In this document: piece by piece, positions 22,657-35,183 of the stretch | Numbering within the stretch: the stretch's first letter is position 1 | Layout of the letters: each line of letters begins with the position of its first letter | Assembly: GCA_024400835.1 (NCBI GenBank) | Contig: JAKSMC010000008.1 | Span: forward strand, 5,082 to 69,081 | From: Bacteroidales bacterium | GTDB taxonomy: Bacteria; Bacteroidota; Bacteroidia; Bacteroidales; WCHB1-69 | DNA: 64,000 nucleotides | Direction: 5' to 3' | Position numbers and translations under genes: made by a program | Notes under the pieces: generated by a model | The model's database searches: none | Seen by the model: the letters and a program-made list of their open reading frames with translations, nothing else | What the model was told of the DNA's origin: nothing

Positions 22657-22962
22657 TTAAGCCAAGCCGCCGCCATTCATCATAGGAGGGAGGCCGCCTT
22701 GCTGGTTGTCAACAATAACGCCGTTTTGGTCTTCGAACTTAGCGACATTATCGGACAAAGCAGCTAAGAGGCGTTTGGCATTTTGCGGAGTCATGATGAC
22801 GCGGGAGCGGACGTTGCCCTTTTTCATACCCGGCAGCATGGCCACAAAATCAACGATAAATTCGCTGTTGGAATGAGAGATGATAGCCAAGTTGGAATAT
22901 ACGCCTTGAGCTACTTCTTCAGGAATGTTGATGTCTATTTTCTGTTCTTGCATAATATTCAA
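22657..22962 (-). CDS. DUF3467-like small protein, commonly found after rpoC in Bacteroidetes
   Basis: The 101-aa product contains ...GVYSNLAIISHSNSEFIVDFVAMLPG...VRSRVIMTPQNAKRLLAAL.... The family name is from memory and its placement after rpoC is consistent. Confidence 0.7.
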   Translation of the reverse strand: MNIMQEQKIDINIPEEVAQGVYSNLAIISHSNSEFIVDFVAMLPGMKKGNVRSRVIMTPQNAKRLLAALSDNVAKFEDQNGVIVDNQQGGLPPMMNGGGLA

Positions 22963-23006
22963 ATATAAGCCCAGAGGGTTGCTCTGGGCTTGGGATTAAC
23001 AATTTA

Positions 23007-26000
23007 TTATTCTTCTTTGGATGCCATAAGGGAAGCATATTCCTCTTGAGAGCCAACTTCCATGTGCTGGTAGGAGCGGATACCTGTACCTGCCGGAATC
23101 TTCTGGCCGACGATGACATTCTCCTTCATACCTTCCAAGTCGTCAGACTTAGCGTTGATAGCGGCCTCAGTAAGCACCTTCGTTGTTTCCTGGAAGGAAG
23201 CAGCGGAAATAAAGCTACGGGTCTGCAATGACGCACGTGTGATACCTTGGAGGATCGGCTTACCTGTTGCCGGGCGAGCATCGCGAGTTTCCACCAGACG
23301 CATATCCTTACGTTTGAGCAGAGAGTTGATATCACGCAATTTCTTAGCGGTGATAATCTGGCCCTTGCGCACTTCTTCGGAATCACCGGGTTCTTCAACA
23401 ACCTTCTTATCCCAAATCATATCGTTTTCTTCTTGGAAATCGATCTTGTTGATCAATTCGCCTTGGAGGAACTTGGTATCACCTGGGTCTTCGATTTCCA
23501 TCTTACGCATCATCTGGCGTACGATGACTTCGAAGTGTTTGTCGTTGATTTTTACACCCTGGAGACGGTAAACTTCCTGAATTTCATTGATAATATATTC
23601 CTGAACTTTCTGTGCACCCTTGATGTTCAAGATGTCAACAGGAGTAAGGGAACCTTCAGAAAGCGGAGTACCAGCCTTCACGAAGTCGTTTTCCTGAGCC
23701 AAAATCTGTTTGGACGTCGGGATGAGGTATGTCTTAGCGCCTTCGCCGTCATCGTTACGCGGAGTAATCTTGACGACACGGTTACCACGTTTCAGTTTCT
23801 TTTCGAAGGAAACAACACCATCGATTTCAGAGACAATAGCAGGATCTGACGGGTTACGAGCCTCAAAGAGTTCGGTTACTCGAGGAAGACCACCCGTGAT
23901 ATCGCCGGTCTTACCGAAGGAACGGAGGATCTTAACGAGGATTTCACCTGAATCGATTTCCTGACCATCTTCGACAGCCACACGAGCACCCACCGGGAAG
24001 TCAAAGCTCTTGATGACATTGCCGTCTTTGTCAACGATATTGACACCAGGGTTCTTAGTCTTCAAACGGGTTTCGATGATGACCTTGTCGTGGATATTGG
24101 TCTGTTCGTCGGTTTCAACACGATAGGTGACACCTTCGATGATATCATTATAGACAACCTTACCAGCGACATCGGAAAGGATGACAGCGTTGAACGGATC
24201 CCAATCGGCAATCAAATCACCCTTCTTAATGGCGTCGCCATGTTTGAAGTAGAGGTTAGAACCGTAAGGCACGTTAGCGGAAGCCAAAGCGATACCGGTT
24301 TTAACATCGATGATTTTGATTTCAGCGGTACGGCCGATAACCTTATAGTAAGTAGCGCCGAGAGCATCTTTCTTCTCCAAAGCACGGAGTTCGTCAACAC
24401 TCAGGATACCGTCATAGGAAGCTTGGATAGAACTGTTAGCAGCCACGTTACCAGCAACACCACCGACGTGGAACGTACGCAGTGTCAACTGTGTACCCGG
24501 CTCACCGATTGACTGAGCGGCAATCACACCAACAGCCTCACCGATTTGAACCAACTTACCTGTTGCCAAGTTTCTACCATAGCACTTTTGGCAGATACCA
24601 CGCTTGGATTCGCAAGTCGGGACTGAACGGATTTCAACTTCCTCAATTGGGGAATCTTCAATGATTTGGCAATATTCTTCTGTTAATTCCTCACCGGCTT
24701 TGATAATGAGTTCGCCAGTTTGAGGATGATAAACGTCATGCAAAGTGACACGGCCTAACAAGCGGTCGTAGAGGGTTTCTACCACTTCGTCGTTCTTCTT
24801 CAAAGCGCTAACTGTCATACCACGGAGGGTGCCACAGTCTTCTTCATGGATGATGACATCGTGGGAAACGTCAACCAAACGACGGGTCAGGTAACCAGCG
24901 TCAGCGGTCTTCAAAGCGGTATCTGCCAAACCCTTACGAGCACCGTGGGTAGAGATGAAGTACTCTTGCACGGACAGACCTTCCTTGAAGTTAGACAAAA
25001 TCGGGTTTTCAATAATCTCACCACCGGTAGAACCAGCCTTACTCGGCTTAGCCATCAAACCACGCATACCGGACAGCTGACGGATCTGCTCAGCAGAACC
25101 ACGAGCACCGGAGTCACGCATCATGTGTACCGGGTTGAAACCTTGACGGTCTTCTTCGATTTCTTTCATCAAAATCTTAGAAAGACGGGTGTTGCACTGT
25201 GACCAAACATCGACCACCTGGTTGTAACGCTCGGTGTTGGTAATGAAACCCATATTATAGTTCATGGTGATTTCATCGACCTGGGCGTTAGCTTCAGCGA
25301 TAAGTTTCGGTTTTTCAGCCGGGATGAGGACGTCACCCAAGTTAAATGAAAGACCGCCTTCGTAAGCCATACGGTAACCGAGGCTCATGATGTTGTCCAA
25401 GAAATCGGTACAAACCTTGTTGCCGCACTTATGAAGGACTTCGCCGATGATATCACGCAGAGCCTTCTTGGTAAGCAGCATATTGATAAAGCCGTATTCA
25501 TCAGGAACCACCTGGTTGAACATCACACGGCCGACTGTAGTGTCGATGATCTTCATCGTACCATTACCGTCAACGTTCACACGGCATTTGATCTTAGCAT
25601 TCAGATCAATCTTCTTTTCATTATAGGCAATCATAACCTCTTCCGGACCATAGAAGATGCTACCTTCGCCTCTGACATGATGATCAGGAGTTGACGGTCT
25701 CTCTTTGGTGATATAGTACAGACCCAAGACCATATCCTGAGAAGGCACAGTCACAGGGGCACCGTTAGCCGGATTCAAAATATTATGAGAAGCCATCATC
25801 AGCATTTGGGCTTCCATAATGGCAGCGTTTCCAAGGGGAACGTGTACAGCCATCTGGTCACCATCGAAGTCGGCGTTGAAAGCCGTACAGCACAACGGGT
25901 GCAGACGGATAGCCTTACCTTCGACCAAACGAGGTTGGAATGCCTGGATACCGAGACGGTGCAATGTAGGAGCACGGTTCAGCAATACAGGGTGACCCTT

Positions 26001-27290
26001 CAAAATATTTTCGAGGATTTCATATACAACGGGATCCTTACGGTCGACAATTTTCTTTGCAGACTTCACCGTCTTCACAATGCCTCTTTCGAGGATTTTG
26101 CGGATGACGAACGGTTTGAACAATTCAGCTGCCATATCTTTCGGCAGACCGCATTCGTTCAAATGCAAATCCGGACCGACGACGATAACGGAACGGCCAG
26201 AGTAGTCGACACGCTTACCCAACAAGTTCTGACGGAAACGACCTTGTTTACCTTTCAAACTGTCGGAGAGGGATTTCAGTGCGCGGTTGGACTCAGTCTT
26301 AACGGCACTGGACTTCTTTGAGTTGTCGAACAAGGAGTCAACAGCTTCCTGCAACATACGTTTTTCATTACGCATGATGACATCAGGAGCCTTGATTTCG
26401 ATGAGTCGTTTCAAACGATTGTTACGAATGATGACACGACGATAGAGTTCGTTCAAGTCAGATGTAGCGAAACGGCCGCCATCCAACGGTACCAACGGTC
26501 TGAGTTCCGGAGGGGTGACAGGGACGATTTTGATAACCATCCATTCCGGACGGTTTTCAGCGCGCTTACGGCTGTCGCGGAACGCTTCGAAAACATGCAG
26601 ACGTTTCAACAAGTCTTTCTTACGTTGTTGAGAAGTTTCCTTGTTGGCTTTGTCACGCAATTCGTATGATTCAGCATCCAGGTCAACTTGGCAGAGCAGG
26701 TCATAGACTGCTTCTGCACCCATCTTGGCCACGAATTTGTTAGGATCCGTATCTTCAAGATATTTGTTGTCTTCTGGCAGGTTGTCAACGATTTCGAAAT
26801 ATTCTTCCTGGGTAAGGAGAGTCTTGCGTTGAACATTATCGCTTTCAGCGACACCAGGTTGGATGACTACATATTTTTCATAATAGATGACTGCATCGAG
26901 GTCTTTGGAACCGATACCGAGCAAAGCACCTATCTTGTTAGGCAAAGATTTGAAAAACCAAATATGGGCAACGGGAACGACCAATTGGATGTGGCCCATT
27001 CTCTCACGACGCACCTTACGTTCAGTAACTTCAACACCACAGCGGTCGCAGATAACGCCTTTGTAACGGATTCTCTTATACTTTCCGCAATAGCATTCCC
27101 AGTCTTTGGTAGGTCCGAAAATCTTTTCGCAGAACAAACCATCACGTTCGGGCTTATAAGTCCTGTAGTTGATAGTTTCCGGCTTCTGTACCTCGCCATG
27201 GGATTGCTCCAAGATAGTCTCGGGGGAAGCCAGACTGATGGTGATCTTTTGAAATTCTTTTCTTGTATTATTGTCTTTTCTAAGAGCCAT
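23007..27290 (-). CDS. rpoC: DNA-directed RNA polymerase subunit beta'
   Basis: It contains the NADFDGDQM catalytic motif, zinc-finger cysteines ([20 protein letters not shown]) and full-length homology. The start is chosen at MALRKDNN (27290), 3 codons inside the track ORF. Confidence 0.97.
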   Translation of the reverse strand: MALRKDNNTRKEFQKITISLASPETILEQSHGEVQKPETINYRTYKPERDGLFCEKIFGPTKDWECYCGKYKRIRYKGVICDRCGVEVTERKVRRERMGHIQLVVPVAHIWFFKSLPNKIGALLGIGSKDLDAVIYYEKYVVIQPGVAESDNVQRKTLLTQEEYFEIVDNLPEDNKYLEDTDPNKFVAKMGAEAVYDLLCQVDLDAESYELRDKANKETSQQRKKDLLKRLHVFEAFRDSRKRAENRPEWMVIKIVPVTPPELRPLVPLDGGRFATSDLNELYRRVIIRNNRLKRLIEIKAPDVIMRNEKRMLQEAVDSLFDNSKKSSAVKTESNRALKSLSDSLKGKQGRFRQNLLGKRVDYSGRSVIVVGPDLHLNECGLPKDMAAELFKPFVIRKILERGIVKTVKSAKKIVDRKDPVVYEILENILKGHPVLLNRAPTLHRLGIQAFQPRLVEGKAIRLHPLCCTAFNADFDGDQMAVHVPLGNAAIMEAQMLMMASHNILNPANGAPVTVPSQDMVLGLYYITKERPSTPDHHVRGEGSIFYGPEEVMIAYNEKKIDLNAKIKCRVNVDGNGTMKIIDTTVGRVMFNQVVPDEYGFINMLLTKKALRDIIGEVLHKCGNKVCTDFLDNIMSLGYRMAYEGGLSFNLGDVLIPAEKPKLIAEANAQVDEITMNYNMGFITNTERYNQVVDVWSQCNTRLSKILMKEIEEDRQGFNPVHMMRDSGARGSAEQIRQLSGMRGLMAKPSKAGSTGGEIIENPILSNFKEGLSVQEYFISTHGARKGLADTALKTADAGYLTRRLVDVSHDVIIHEEDCGTLRGMTVSALKKNDEVVETLYDRLLGRVTLHDVYHPQTGELIIKAGEELTEEYCQIIEDSPIEEVEIRSVPTCESKRGICQKCYGRNLATGKLVQIGEAVGVIAAQSIGEPGTQLTLRTFHVGGVAGNVAANSSIQASYDGILSVDELRALEKKDALGATYYKVIGRTAEIKIIDVKTGIALASANVPYGSNLYFKHGDAIKKGDLIADWDPFNAVILSDVAGKVVYNDIIEGVTYRVETDEQTNIHDKVIIETRLKTKNPGVNIVDKDGNVIKSFDFPVGARVAVEDGQEIDSGEILVKILRSFGKTGDITGGLPRVTELFEARNPSDPAIVSEIDGVVSFEKKLKRGNRVVKITPRNDDGEGAKTYLIPTSKQILAQENDFVKAGTPLSEGSLTPVDILNIKGAQKVQEYIINEIQEVYRLQGVKINDKHFEVIVRQMMRKMEIEDPGDTKFLQGELINKIDFQEENDMIWDKKVVEEPGDSEEVRKGQIITAKKLRDINSLLKRKDMRLVETRDARPATGKPILQGITRASLQTRSFISAASFQETTKVLTEAAINAKSDDLEGMKENVIVGQKIPAGTGIRSYQHMEVGSQEEYASLMASKEE

Positions 27291-27316
27291 AATGTACAAT
27301 ATGTTTATTTAATGAC

Positions 27317-30300
27317 TTATTCAAATTTAATATCCAATGCAAGTCCGCGAAGTTCGTTCACTAACACGTTGAAAGATTCAGGGATGCCTGCAATCGGCAT
27401 ATTATCACCCTTGACAATGGCTTCGTAGGCTTTGGCTCTTCCGATGACGTCATCGGACTTGACAGTCAGAATTTCTTGAAGCACGTTGGATGCGCCATAG
27501 GCTTCAATTGCCCAGACCTCCATTTCACCGAAACGCTGACCACCGAATTGGGCCTTACCGCCGAGCGGCTGTTGTGTAATCAAGGAGTACGGTCCGATGG
27601 AACGGGCGTGCATCTTATCATCAACCATGTGGTGCAGTTTCAGATAGTAGATGTAACCAACGGTGGCTTTCTGATGGAAAGGTTCACCGGTTTCACCATC
27701 GTACAACTGTGTGCTACCGTTTTCAGGAAGACCTGCTTCGCGCATGTATTCGTTGATTTGGTCGATGGAAGCGCCGTCGAAAATCGGTGTTGCGAATTTG
27801 CAGCCCATTTTCTTACCAGCCCATGCCAAGACGGTCTCGTAAATCTGACCCAAGTTCATACGGGAAGGCACACCCAGCGGGTTCAGGACTACGTCCACAG
27901 GACGGCCGTCTGCCAAGAACGGGAGGTCTTCTTGTCTTACAATCTTAGCCACACAACCCTTGTTACCGTGACGACCAGCCATCTTATCGCCGATGCGGAG
28001 TTTACGTGCATTTGCGATATAGACCTTAGCCATTTGTACGATACCGGATGGGAGGTCTGCGCCAATCGTTGCGTCAAATTCTTCACGAGTCTTACGAGCC
28101 GTAATATCGCGAACCTTGACAAGATAATTGCGGATGATTTCTGCAACTAAGCCGTTAATCTTTCCATCGCCTGTCCACTTCGTGACAGCAACGGTTGTAA
28201 AGTCAACAGTGTTGAGCAATTTCTGAGAGAACTTGGCACCCTTGGCAATGACGACATTCTTAGCATTGTCGTGGATGTTGTGAGCAATCTTGCCTTCCAA
28301 GATCTTGTACAACTTAGAAACTGCTGCGTCGTGCAGACGATTGTATTCAGCTTGGTACTTGTCTTCGATTTCCTTAACGATTTCCTTATCCTTAGCCTTG
28401 GACTTTCTGTCCTTGATCAGACGGGACATAGATTTAGCACCGATGACAACACCCTTCATGGATGGGGGTGCCTTGAGGGAAGCATCCTTCACATCACCGG
28501 CCTTGTCACCGAAGATAGCGCGGAGCAATTTCTCCTCAGGAGTAGGATAGGATTCGCCCTTCGGGGTAATCTTACCAATGAGGATGTCACCTTCGTTGAC
28601 TTCAGCGCCAACGCGGATCAAACCGTCTTCGTTCAAATCCTTAGTAGCCTCGGTAGAGACATTCGGGATATCATTGGTAAATTCTTCCACACCGCGTTTG
28701 GTGTCGCGGACTTCCTGGGTAAAAGTTTCAATATGGATAGAAGTGTACAAGTCGTCCGTAACGGCCTTTTCAGAAATCACGACAGCATCCTCGAAGTTGT
28801 AACCCTTCCAAGGCATGAAGGCGACCATCAAGTTGCGACCGAGGGCGAGTTCGCCGTTCTCAGTAGCATAGCCTTCCGTAAGAACATCGCCCTTCTTCAC
28901 TTTCTGGCCTTTCACCACGATAGGACGCATGTTGATACAGGAGTTCTGGTTGGTTCTTCTGAACTTGAGCAATTGGTAGTTCTTGACATTTGTGTCGAAG
29001 CTTACCAAGGCTTCCGTTTCGGTACGTTCGTACTCAATTTCGATATGTTGTGCATCCACAGTCTTCACGACACCGGTGCCTTCGGCAACCAGTACCACGC
29101 GGGAGTCAACAGCGACCTGGTGTTCCAGACCAGTACCGACGATAGGAGCTTCAGGGCGCAACAACGGCACAGCCTGACGCATCATGTTAGATCCCATCAA
29201 CGCACGGTTTGCGTCGTCGTTCTCCAAGAACGGAATCAAGGATGCAGCAATAGAAGCAATCTGGTTCGGTGCGACATCGATCATGTCAATTTCTTCACGA
29301 GGAAGGATCGGGTAGTCGGCCAAACGACGGGCCTTTACCTTTTCACCGAGCAGACCATTTTCATCCATCGGCGTATTAGCCTGAGCAATACGCAAGTTGT
29401 CTTCTTCTTCTGCGGTGAGGAAGACAGGCGGTTCGTTAAATTGGACCTGGCCGTTCACGACTCTACGATACGGAGTGGCGATGAAACCGAGGTTGTTGAT
29501 TTTAGCGAAAACGCACAAGGATGAAATCAAGCCGATGTTCGGACCTTCAGGGGTCTCGATGGTACACAGACGACCGTAGTGGGTGTAGTGTACGTCTCGA
29601 ACCTCGAAACCGGCACGTTCACGGGACAAACCGCCAGGACCCAAAGCAGAAATACGACGTTTGTGCGTGATTTCAGACAGCGGGTTGGTTTGGTCCATGA
29701 ACTGAGAAAGTTGGTTGGTGCCGAAGAATGAGTTCACCACGGATGACAACGTCTTAGCGTTAATCAAATCCACTGGTGCAAACAACTCATGGTCGCGTAC
29801 GCTCATCTTTTCACGGATGGTACGGGACATACGGTTCAAACCTAAACTGAATTGGTTATATAATTGTTCGCCGACGGTACGGATACGACGGTTGCTCAAG
29901 TGGTCGATATCATCCACTTCTGTCTTGGAGTTGATCAACTCGACAAGATAACGGATAATGGAGATAATGTCCTCGTTGGTCAACACACCGGTTTCCATCG
30001 GGATATTGAGATTCAATTTCTTGTTGATACGGTAGCGGCCCACTTCACCGAGGTCGTAACGTTTGTCGGAGAAGAACAATTTCTCGAGGGTGGCGCGAGC
30101 GGTTTCCTCGTCAGGAGCTGCCGTACTCTTAAGTTGCATGTAGATATACTCGATAGCCTGTTTGCCAGAATTTGTCGGGTCTTTCTGCAACGTATTGAAA
30201 ATCACAGAATAGTCAAGCTGTTTTTCGTCATTCTTATGGAAGAGGACGGTCTTGATATTAGCATCTGTGACGATGTTGATATGCTGTTTTTCGAAGATTG

Positions 30301-31117
30301 TTTCGCGGTCGATGAGGACTTCGGTACGTTCGATATTGACGACTTCACCGGTTTCATCATCCACAAAGTCTTCGTTCCAAGTTTTGGTGACAGCAGCGGC
30401 GACTTTTTCGCCGATAAATTTCTTAAGGTTAGCCTTCGTAGCCTTCACCTCATGAGCGATATCGAAAATGCTGAGGATATCCTTATCGGTTTCGTAGCCG
30501 ATAGCACGAAGCAAAGTGGTAACCGGTAATTTCTTCTTTCTATCGATATAAGCATACATCACGTTGCTGATATCGGTAGTGAATTCCATCCAAGAGCCCT
30601 TGAAGGGGATGATACGGGCGGAATACAACGGTGTTCCGTTAGTATGGTATGAAAAACCGAAGAATACGCCGGGGGAACGGTGAAGTTGGGAAACGACAAC
30701 GCGTTCAGCGCCATTGATGATGAAAGTACCGCTGGGGGTCATATAAGGGATCATGCCCAAATAGACATCTTGGATAACGGTTTCAAAATCTTCGTGTTCG
30801 ACATCCGTACAGGAGAGCTTAAGTTTAGCTTTCAAGGGAACACTGTATGTCAAACTTCTTTCAAGGCATTCGTCCATGGAGTAACGCGGAGCGTCGATAT
30901 AGTAGTCGAGGAATTCCAGGACAAATACGCCTCTTGCATCCGTAATGGGGAAATTCTCTGCAAAAGCACGATAAAGACCTTCATTATGGCGGCATTCTGC
31001 ATCAGTGTTGATTTGGCAGAATTCCTGGAAGGACTTCAGTTGGATATCCAAGAAGTCCGGATACGGGATCGGTCTTGTGGATGCAAAGCTTATTCTTTTA
31101 GTGATATTGGTTGCCAA
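27317..31117 (-). CDS. rpoB: DNA-directed RNA polymerase subunit beta
   Basis: The 1266-aa product contains conserved blocks such as ...[10 protein letters not shown]..., ...[12 protein letters not shown]... and ...[12 protein letters not shown].... Confidence 0.97.
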   Translation of the reverse strand: MATNITKRISFASTRPIPYPDFLDIQLKSFQEFCQINTDAECRHNEGLYRAFAENFPITDARGVFVLEFLDYYIDAPRYSMDECLERSLTYSVPLKAKLKLSCTDVEHEDFETVIQDVYLGMIPYMTPSGTFIINGAERVVVSQLHRSPGVFFGFSYHTNGTPLYSARIIPFKGSWMEFTTDISNVMYAYIDRKKKLPVTTLLRAIGYETDKDILSIFDIAHEVKATKANLKKFIGEKVAAAVTKTWNEDFVDDETGEVVNIERTEVLIDRETIFEKQHINIVTDANIKTVLFHKNDEKQLDYSVIFNTLQKDPTNSGKQAIEYIYMQLKSTAAPDEETARATLEKLFFSDKRYDLGEVGRYRINKKLNLNIPMETGVLTNEDIISIIRYLVELINSKTEVDDIDHLSNRRIRTVGEQLYNQFSLGLNRMSRTIREKMSVRDHELFAPVDLINAKTLSSVVNSFFGTNQLSQFMDQTNPLSEITHKRRISALGPGGLSRERAGFEVRDVHYTHYGRLCTIETPEGPNIGLISSLCVFAKINNLGFIATPYRRVVNGQVQFNEPPVFLTAEEEDNLRIAQANTPMDENGLLGEKVKARRLADYPILPREEIDMIDVAPNQIASIAASLIPFLENDDANRALMGSNMMRQAVPLLRPEAPIVGTGLEHQVAVDSRVVLVAEGTGVVKTVDAQHIEIEYERTETEALVSFDTNVKNYQLLKFRRTNQNSCINMRPIVVKGQKVKKGDVLTEGYATENGELALGRNLMVAFMPWKGYNFEDAVVISEKAVTDDLYTSIHIETFTQEVRDTKRGVEEFTNDIPNVSTEATKDLNEDGLIRVGAEVNEGDILIGKITPKGESYPTPEEKLLRAIFGDKAGDVKDASLKAPPSMKGVVIGAKSMSRLIKDRKSKAKDKEIVKEIEDKYQAEYNRLHDAAVSKLYKILEGKIAHNIHDNAKNVVIAKGAKFSQKLLNTVDFTTVAVTKWTGDGKINGLVAEIIRNYLVKVRDITARKTREEFDATIGADLPSGIVQMAKVYIANARKLRIGDKMAGRHGNKGCVAKIVRQEDLPFLADGRPVDVVLNPLGVPSRMNLGQIYETVLAWAGKKMGCKFATPIFDGASIDQINEYMREAGLPENGSTQLYDGETGEPFHQKATVGYIYYLKLHHMVDDKMHARSIGPYSLITQQPLGGKAQFGGQRFGEMEVWAIEAYGASNVLQEILTVKSDDVIGRAKAYEAIVKGDNMPIAGIPESFNVLVNELRGLALDIKFE

Positions 31118-31190
31118 GGCTATTGATTTTTTGTTGTGAAAAATACTGATTTAAAGGAATACCAATCAGTGGGTATTAAATACAACAATA

Positions 31191-31226
31191 AGTACAATAC
31201 TTCCACCGAAGTGGAAGTGTTGTACT
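31191..31226 (-). promoter_or_regulatory. rplL-rpoB intergenic hairpin (attenuator-type stem-loop with UUCG tetraloop)
   Basis: The minus-strand RNA is aguacaacacuuccac-uucg-guggaaguauuguacu, a 16-bp stem with one C-A mismatch. It occupies the classical position of the L7/L12-rpoB attenuator. Confidence 0.6.
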
Positions 31227-31248
31227 ATTGAAAAGATTATGAAGAAAA

Positions 31249-31626
31249 TTATTTAATTTCTACTTCAGCGCCAGCTTCTTCGAGAGATTTCTTCAAAGAT
31301 TCAGCTTCGTCTTTAGAAACGCCTTCCTTAACTGCCTTAGGAGCACCATCAACTAATTCCTTAGCTTCTTTGAGGCCGAGGCTTGTGAGTTCCTTCACGA
31401 GTTTAACAACTTGAAGTTTTTGAGCGCCAGCGGCTTTCAAGATAACGTCGAATTCAGTTTTTTCTTCAGCTGCGGCTGCGCCACCTGCTGCAGGACCTGC
31501 TGCTACTGCTACTGCTGCAGCTGCGGGTTCGATACCGTATTCGTCTTTGAGGATTTGAGCTAATTCGTTAACTTCTTTAACGGTTAAGTTCACTAATTCT
31601 TCTGCAAATGCTTTTAAATCTGCCAT
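31249..31626 (-). CDS. rplL: 50S ribosomal protein L7/L12
   Basis: [34 protein letters not shown] is followed by an Ala-rich hinge and the C-terminal domain ...[13 protein letters not shown]. Confidence 0.95.
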   Translation of the reverse strand: MADLKAFAEELVNLTVKEVNELAQILKDEYGIEPAAAAVAVAAGPAAGGAAAAEEKTEFDVILKAAGAQKLQVVKLVKELTSLGLKEAKELVDGAPKAVKEGVSKDEAESLKKSLEEAGAEVEIK

Positions 31627-31677
31627 AACTTTATTTTTTAAATGTTTGTTACTAAATTATTTTTTATAAAAATTGTT

Positions 31678-32199
31678 TTATTCTGCTCTTTCGGATAATG
31701 TTTTAACAATACCAGCCAGCTTGCCACCACCTGATTGCAATGCGGATACCACATTCTTGGCAGGTGATTGAAGTAATGCGACGATATCGCCAATCAATTC
31801 CTCGCGAGACTTGATGCTGCACAAAGCTTCCAGATTTTCGTCTCCGATATAAGCGGTTTCTTCGATGAACGCAGCCTTGATGATCGGTTTCGCATTCTTA
31901 GCGCGGAATTCCTTGATCAACTTAGCAGGTACGTTGCCTGTGTTACAGAGCATGATAGAAGTTGCACCGTTCAATGTCGGATAGAGTTCGGAATAATCTG
32001 CTTCGCACTGATCCATTGCGCGTTTGAGAAGGGTGTTTTTAACCACTTTCAATTTGACATCGCGCTTGTTGCACAATCTGCGCAACTGGTTGACCGTACT
32101 AACTGTGAAACCGGAGATATCGGTTACATATACATGTGAATAGTTAGTCAAGTCTTGTGCTATTTCTTCAATAATTTGACTTTTTTGTTCTTTTTTCAT
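31678..32199 (-). CDS. rplJ: 50S ribosomal protein L10
   Basis: The 173-aa product is placed by its position between rplA and rplL and by L10-like sequence. Confidence 0.9.
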   Translation of the reverse strand: MKKEQKSQIIEEIAQDLTNYSHVYVTDISGFTVSTVNQLRRLCNKRDVKLKVVKNTLLKRAMDQCEADYSELYPTLNGATSIMLCNTGNVPAKLIKEFRAKNAKPIIKAAFIEETAYIGDENLEALCSIKSREELIGDIVALLQSPAKNVVSALQSGGGKLAGIVKTLSERAE

Positions 32200-32217
32200 A
32201 CTAACTAAACTTTAAGA

Positions 32218-32913
32218 TTATAATGTAACGGATTTAGGATCCACTTGTACGCCAGGACTCATGGTCGTGGAGAGATAGATACTCTTGATGTAGGTACCCT
32301 TTGCGGAAGTCGGTTTCAACTTGATGATGGTTCCCATCATTTCGCGGGCGTTGTCTGTAAGTTCTTCTACGGAGAAACGATTCTTACCGATGGAGCTATG
32401 GATGATACCATATTTGTCCACCTTGAAGTCGATCTTACCGGCTTTAACTTCCTTGACGGCCTTACCGATTTCCATCGTTACAGTACCGGACTTAGGGTTC
32501 GGCATCAAACCGCGGGGACCCAGGACACGTCCGAGGGCACCGATTTTCGGCATCACGCTCGGCATGGTGATGATAACGTCAACGTCTGTCCAACCTTGTT
32601 TGATTTTGTCAACGTATTCTTCCAAACCAACGTAATCAGCTCCCGCAGCCTTTGCTTCTTCCTCCTTGTCGGGGGTACAGAGTGCAAGTACGCGAACCAC
32701 TTTACCTGTTCCGTGAGGAAGGGTAACGATACCACGAACCATTTGGTTTGCTTTTCGAGGGTCAACACCCAGACGGACGTCGATGTCGAAAGAAGCGTCA
32801 AACTTCGTATAGGTAAGGTCCTTCACCACTTGGATAGCTTCTGGCAAAGTGTATACTTTACTCTTATCAAATTTAGCAAAAGCTTCTTTGCGTTTTTTTG
32901 ATATTTTAGCCAT
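32218..32913 (-). CDS. rplA: 50S ribosomal protein L1
   Basis: The 231-aa product contains ...[19 protein letters not shown]...[10 protein letters not shown].... Confidence 0.95.
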   Translation of the reverse strand: MAKISKKRKEAFAKFDKSKVYTLPEAIQVVKDLTYTKFDASFDIDVRLGVDPRKANQMVRGIVTLPHGTGKVVRVLALCTPDKEEEAKAAGADYVGLEEYVDKIKQGWTDVDVIITMPSVMPKIGALGRVLGPRGLMPNPKSGTVTMEIGKAVKEVKAGKIDFKVDKYGIIHSSIGKNRFSVEELTDNAREMMGTIIKLKPTSAKGTYIKSIYLSTTMSPGVQVDPKSVTL

Positions 32914-32937
32914 GTGATTTTTTGATTTTACTTGTTA

Positions 32938-33387
32938 TTAATTCTGTTCAAAAGGATTCTGACCACCTTTCACTACGACACCCATGCTGCGAGCCGTACC
33001 TGCCACCATTGACATTGCTGATTCTACTGTGAAGCAGTTCAGGTCAGGTAACTTAAGTTCGGCAATACTGCGCACTTGGTCCCAAGTGATGGTACCGACT
33101 TTGTTACGGTTAGGTTCGCCGGAACCTTTTTGAAGTTTGGCTGCTTCCTTAACTTGTACAGCCACTGGCGGAGTCTTTGTGATAAAGTCAAAGGATTTAT
33201 CCTTGTAAACTGTGATCACAACAGGGATGATTTTACCAGCAAGGTCCTGTGTACGAGAATTGAACTGCTTGCAAAATTCCATGATGTTCACGCCCTTTGA
33301 ACCCAATGCAGGTCCTACTGGCGGTGACGGATTGGCGGCACCTCCCTTGATTTGTAACTTAATTAATCCAGCTACTTCTTTTGCCAT
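32938..33387 (-). CDS. rplK: 50S ribosomal protein L11
   Basis: It contains [43 protein letters not shown]. Confidence 0.95.
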   Translation of the reverse strand: MAKEVAGLIKLQIKGGAANPSPPVGPALGSKGVNIMEFCKQFNSRTQDLAGKIIPVVITVYKDKSFDFITKTPPVAVQVKEAAKLQKGSGEPNRNKVGTITWDQVRSIAELKLPDLNCFTVESAMSMVAGTARSMGVVVKGGQNPFEQN

Positions 33388-33426
33388 TTTTTTGAATTGA
33401 TTTGATTGTTTGTAACTATGTTGGAA

Positions 33427-33981
33427 TTATATTTTTTCAACTTGCGCAAAGCCCAGCTCGAGCGGGGTCTTACGGCCGAAGATTTTCACCGTAATCTTCA
33501 GCTTCTTCTTCTCAGTGTCAATCTCTTCGATGACACCTTTGAATGTGTTGAAAGGTCCGTCCGTAACATTGACCTCTTCGCCCACTTTGTAAGGTTGCAG
33601 CAACGATTCGTCTTGAGAGAGCAACTCGTCAACCTTGCCTAACAGGCGGGAGACTTCTGCCTGACGCAGGGCCACAGGAAGGTCGCTTTTGTGTTTACAT
33701 CCTACAAAACCCAACACGCCCGGAATGTCCAAAATCATGCTGAACACTTTGTTCATCTCCGATACCTCTACAAAAATGTAGCTCGGAAAATAGTTGCGCT
33801 CAGTCACTACCTTCTTTCCACTCTTCGTCGTGTGGAACACCTTCTCTGTCGGTATCAGAACCTTGTGCACATGGTCCTTCAAAATGGAAAGCTCGACTTC
33901 GTTCTCGATGTTCTGCTTAACCTTTTTCTCAGTACCCGTGACGGCCTTGATCACATACCACTTGCGTTCGACTTCTGCCAT
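33427..33981 (-). CDS. nusG: Transcription termination/antitermination factor NusG
   Basis: It has an NGN domain (KWYVIKAVTGTEKKV) and a C-terminal KOW motif (YKVGEEVNVTDGPFNTFKGVIEEID). Confidence 0.93.
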   Translation of the reverse strand: MAEVERKWYVIKAVTGTEKKVKQNIENEVELSILKDHVHKVLIPTEKVFHTTKSGKKVVTERNYFPSYIFVEVSEMNKVFSMILDIPGVLGFVGCKHKSDLPVALRQAEVSRLLGKVDELLSQDESLLQPYKVGEEVNVTDGPFNTFKGVIEEIDTEKKKLKITVKIFGRKTPLELGFAQVEKI

Positions 33982-34020
33982 GATCTGTTATTTTCGATAT
34001 AACACCAACGTTTAAGAAAA

Positions 34021-34209
34021 CTAAATAGCCGGGAATAACAAATCCATTCCCAAGTTGAAAATAGCATCCATCAAAAACACGATTAACGCGATGATAAGGG
34101 AAGCAATAGATACTACTACAACACTATTCCCAAGTTCCTGCATAGTGGGCCAGCTTGTCTTATGAGCCAGCTCATCATACATCTCTTTAAAATAATTAAC
34201 TATCTTCAT
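34021..34209 (-). CDS. secE: Preprotein translocase subunit SecE
   Basis: The 62-aa product has a single C-terminal TM helix and lies directly upstream of nusG. Confidence 0.85.
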   Translation of the reverse strand: MKIVNYFKEMYDELAHKTSWPTMQELGNSVVVVSIASLIIALIVFLMDAIFNLGMDLLFPAI

Positions 34210-34520
34210 TTTCTTTGTATTTTTTTATTATTCGATATTTTTAGAAACTTTTTCTCTCGTTCTTGCGAATTTCATCACCTTATACCAACCGCTCATTGTT
34301 CAAAAACGCACATTATAACTGCTTGAAATTCAACAAGACACAATAAAATTCACTTGCTCTCCACAAGGCCTCATGCCGACTTTCGAACAAGTTGGCAAAT
34401 ATAGAAAAATTTTATTCCGATTCAGCTATAAAAAAATTTTTTTTATTCTATGGCATTATTTTTGCAAAAGCACCTTCCCGAAGCCTCGATTTCCATATTT
34501 GAAGTGCCCTGCCCTCACTG

Positions 34521-35183
34521 CTAAATCTTTATTTTCACAAAGGATATTCTCTTCCCCTGCGCCAGCCACATCTTCTCATAAAATGTCTGCACTTCCTTGA
34601 GTATGGGCGCGCACGGCTCATTATAGACATCGTCAACATGCTCGACGACAGGCCAGTTTTGTTCCGGCGCGACTTCCAAAACATACTCGTAAAGTTCCCG
34701 ACTGTCCGTCTTCAGATTCAGCAGTCCCCCACCCTCTTTCATGACTTGGCGGTAGTATCCGACAAAACGTGGCGAGACCAGCCTTCTGCGCTCATGCTGA
34801 AGCTGCGGGTCTGGGAACGTCACCCATATCTCATCAACTTCGCCTTCGGCAAAATAATATCCGATTCGGTCAATGGTAATGCGCAGGAAAGCGACATTGT
34901 CCATGCCGGACTCCAAGGCATCCTTACAACCGCGCCACAAGCGGGCTCCCTTTCTGTCAATGCCGATGAAGTTCTTATTCGGGTCACGCTGGGCCATAGC
35001 TATTGTGTACTCGCCCTTGCCGCAACCCAATTCCAATACGATAGGATTGTCATTGTGGAAATAATCCGTTCTCCACTTCCCTTTCAAAGGAAATTCCACC
35101 CCTTGGCAGTCGTAGTGGGAACGTTGGAAAAGATTGCCGAAAGTTTCATTCTCAGCGAAACGCTGTAATTTATGTTTAGCCAT
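34521..35183 (-). CDS. trmB: tRNA (guanine-N7)-methyltransferase
   Basis: It contains the VLELGCGKGEYTIAMAQRDPNKNFIGIDRKG SAM-binding motif and the ...VTFPDPQ... TrmB pattern. Confidence 0.88.
   Translation of the reverse strand: MAKHKLQRFAENETFGNLFQRSHYDCQGVEFPLKGKWRTDYFHNDNPIVLELGCGKGEYTIAMAQRDPNKNFIGIDRKGARLWRGCKDALESGMDNVAFLRITIDRIGYYFAEGEVDEIWVTFPDPQLQHERRRLVSPRFVGYYRQVMKEGGGLLNLKTDSRELYEYVLEVAPEQNWPVVEHVDDVYNEPCAPILKEVQTFYEKMWLAQGKRISFVKIKI

Noticed and set aside
34210-34520. Expected tuf / tRNA-Trp upstream of secE, as in many Bacteroidetes.
   Set aside because: No cloverleaf-capable sequence and no EF-Tu ORF are present in the 311-bp spacer. trmB and an MsbA-like gene lie upstream instead. 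This is noted as a synteny difference only.
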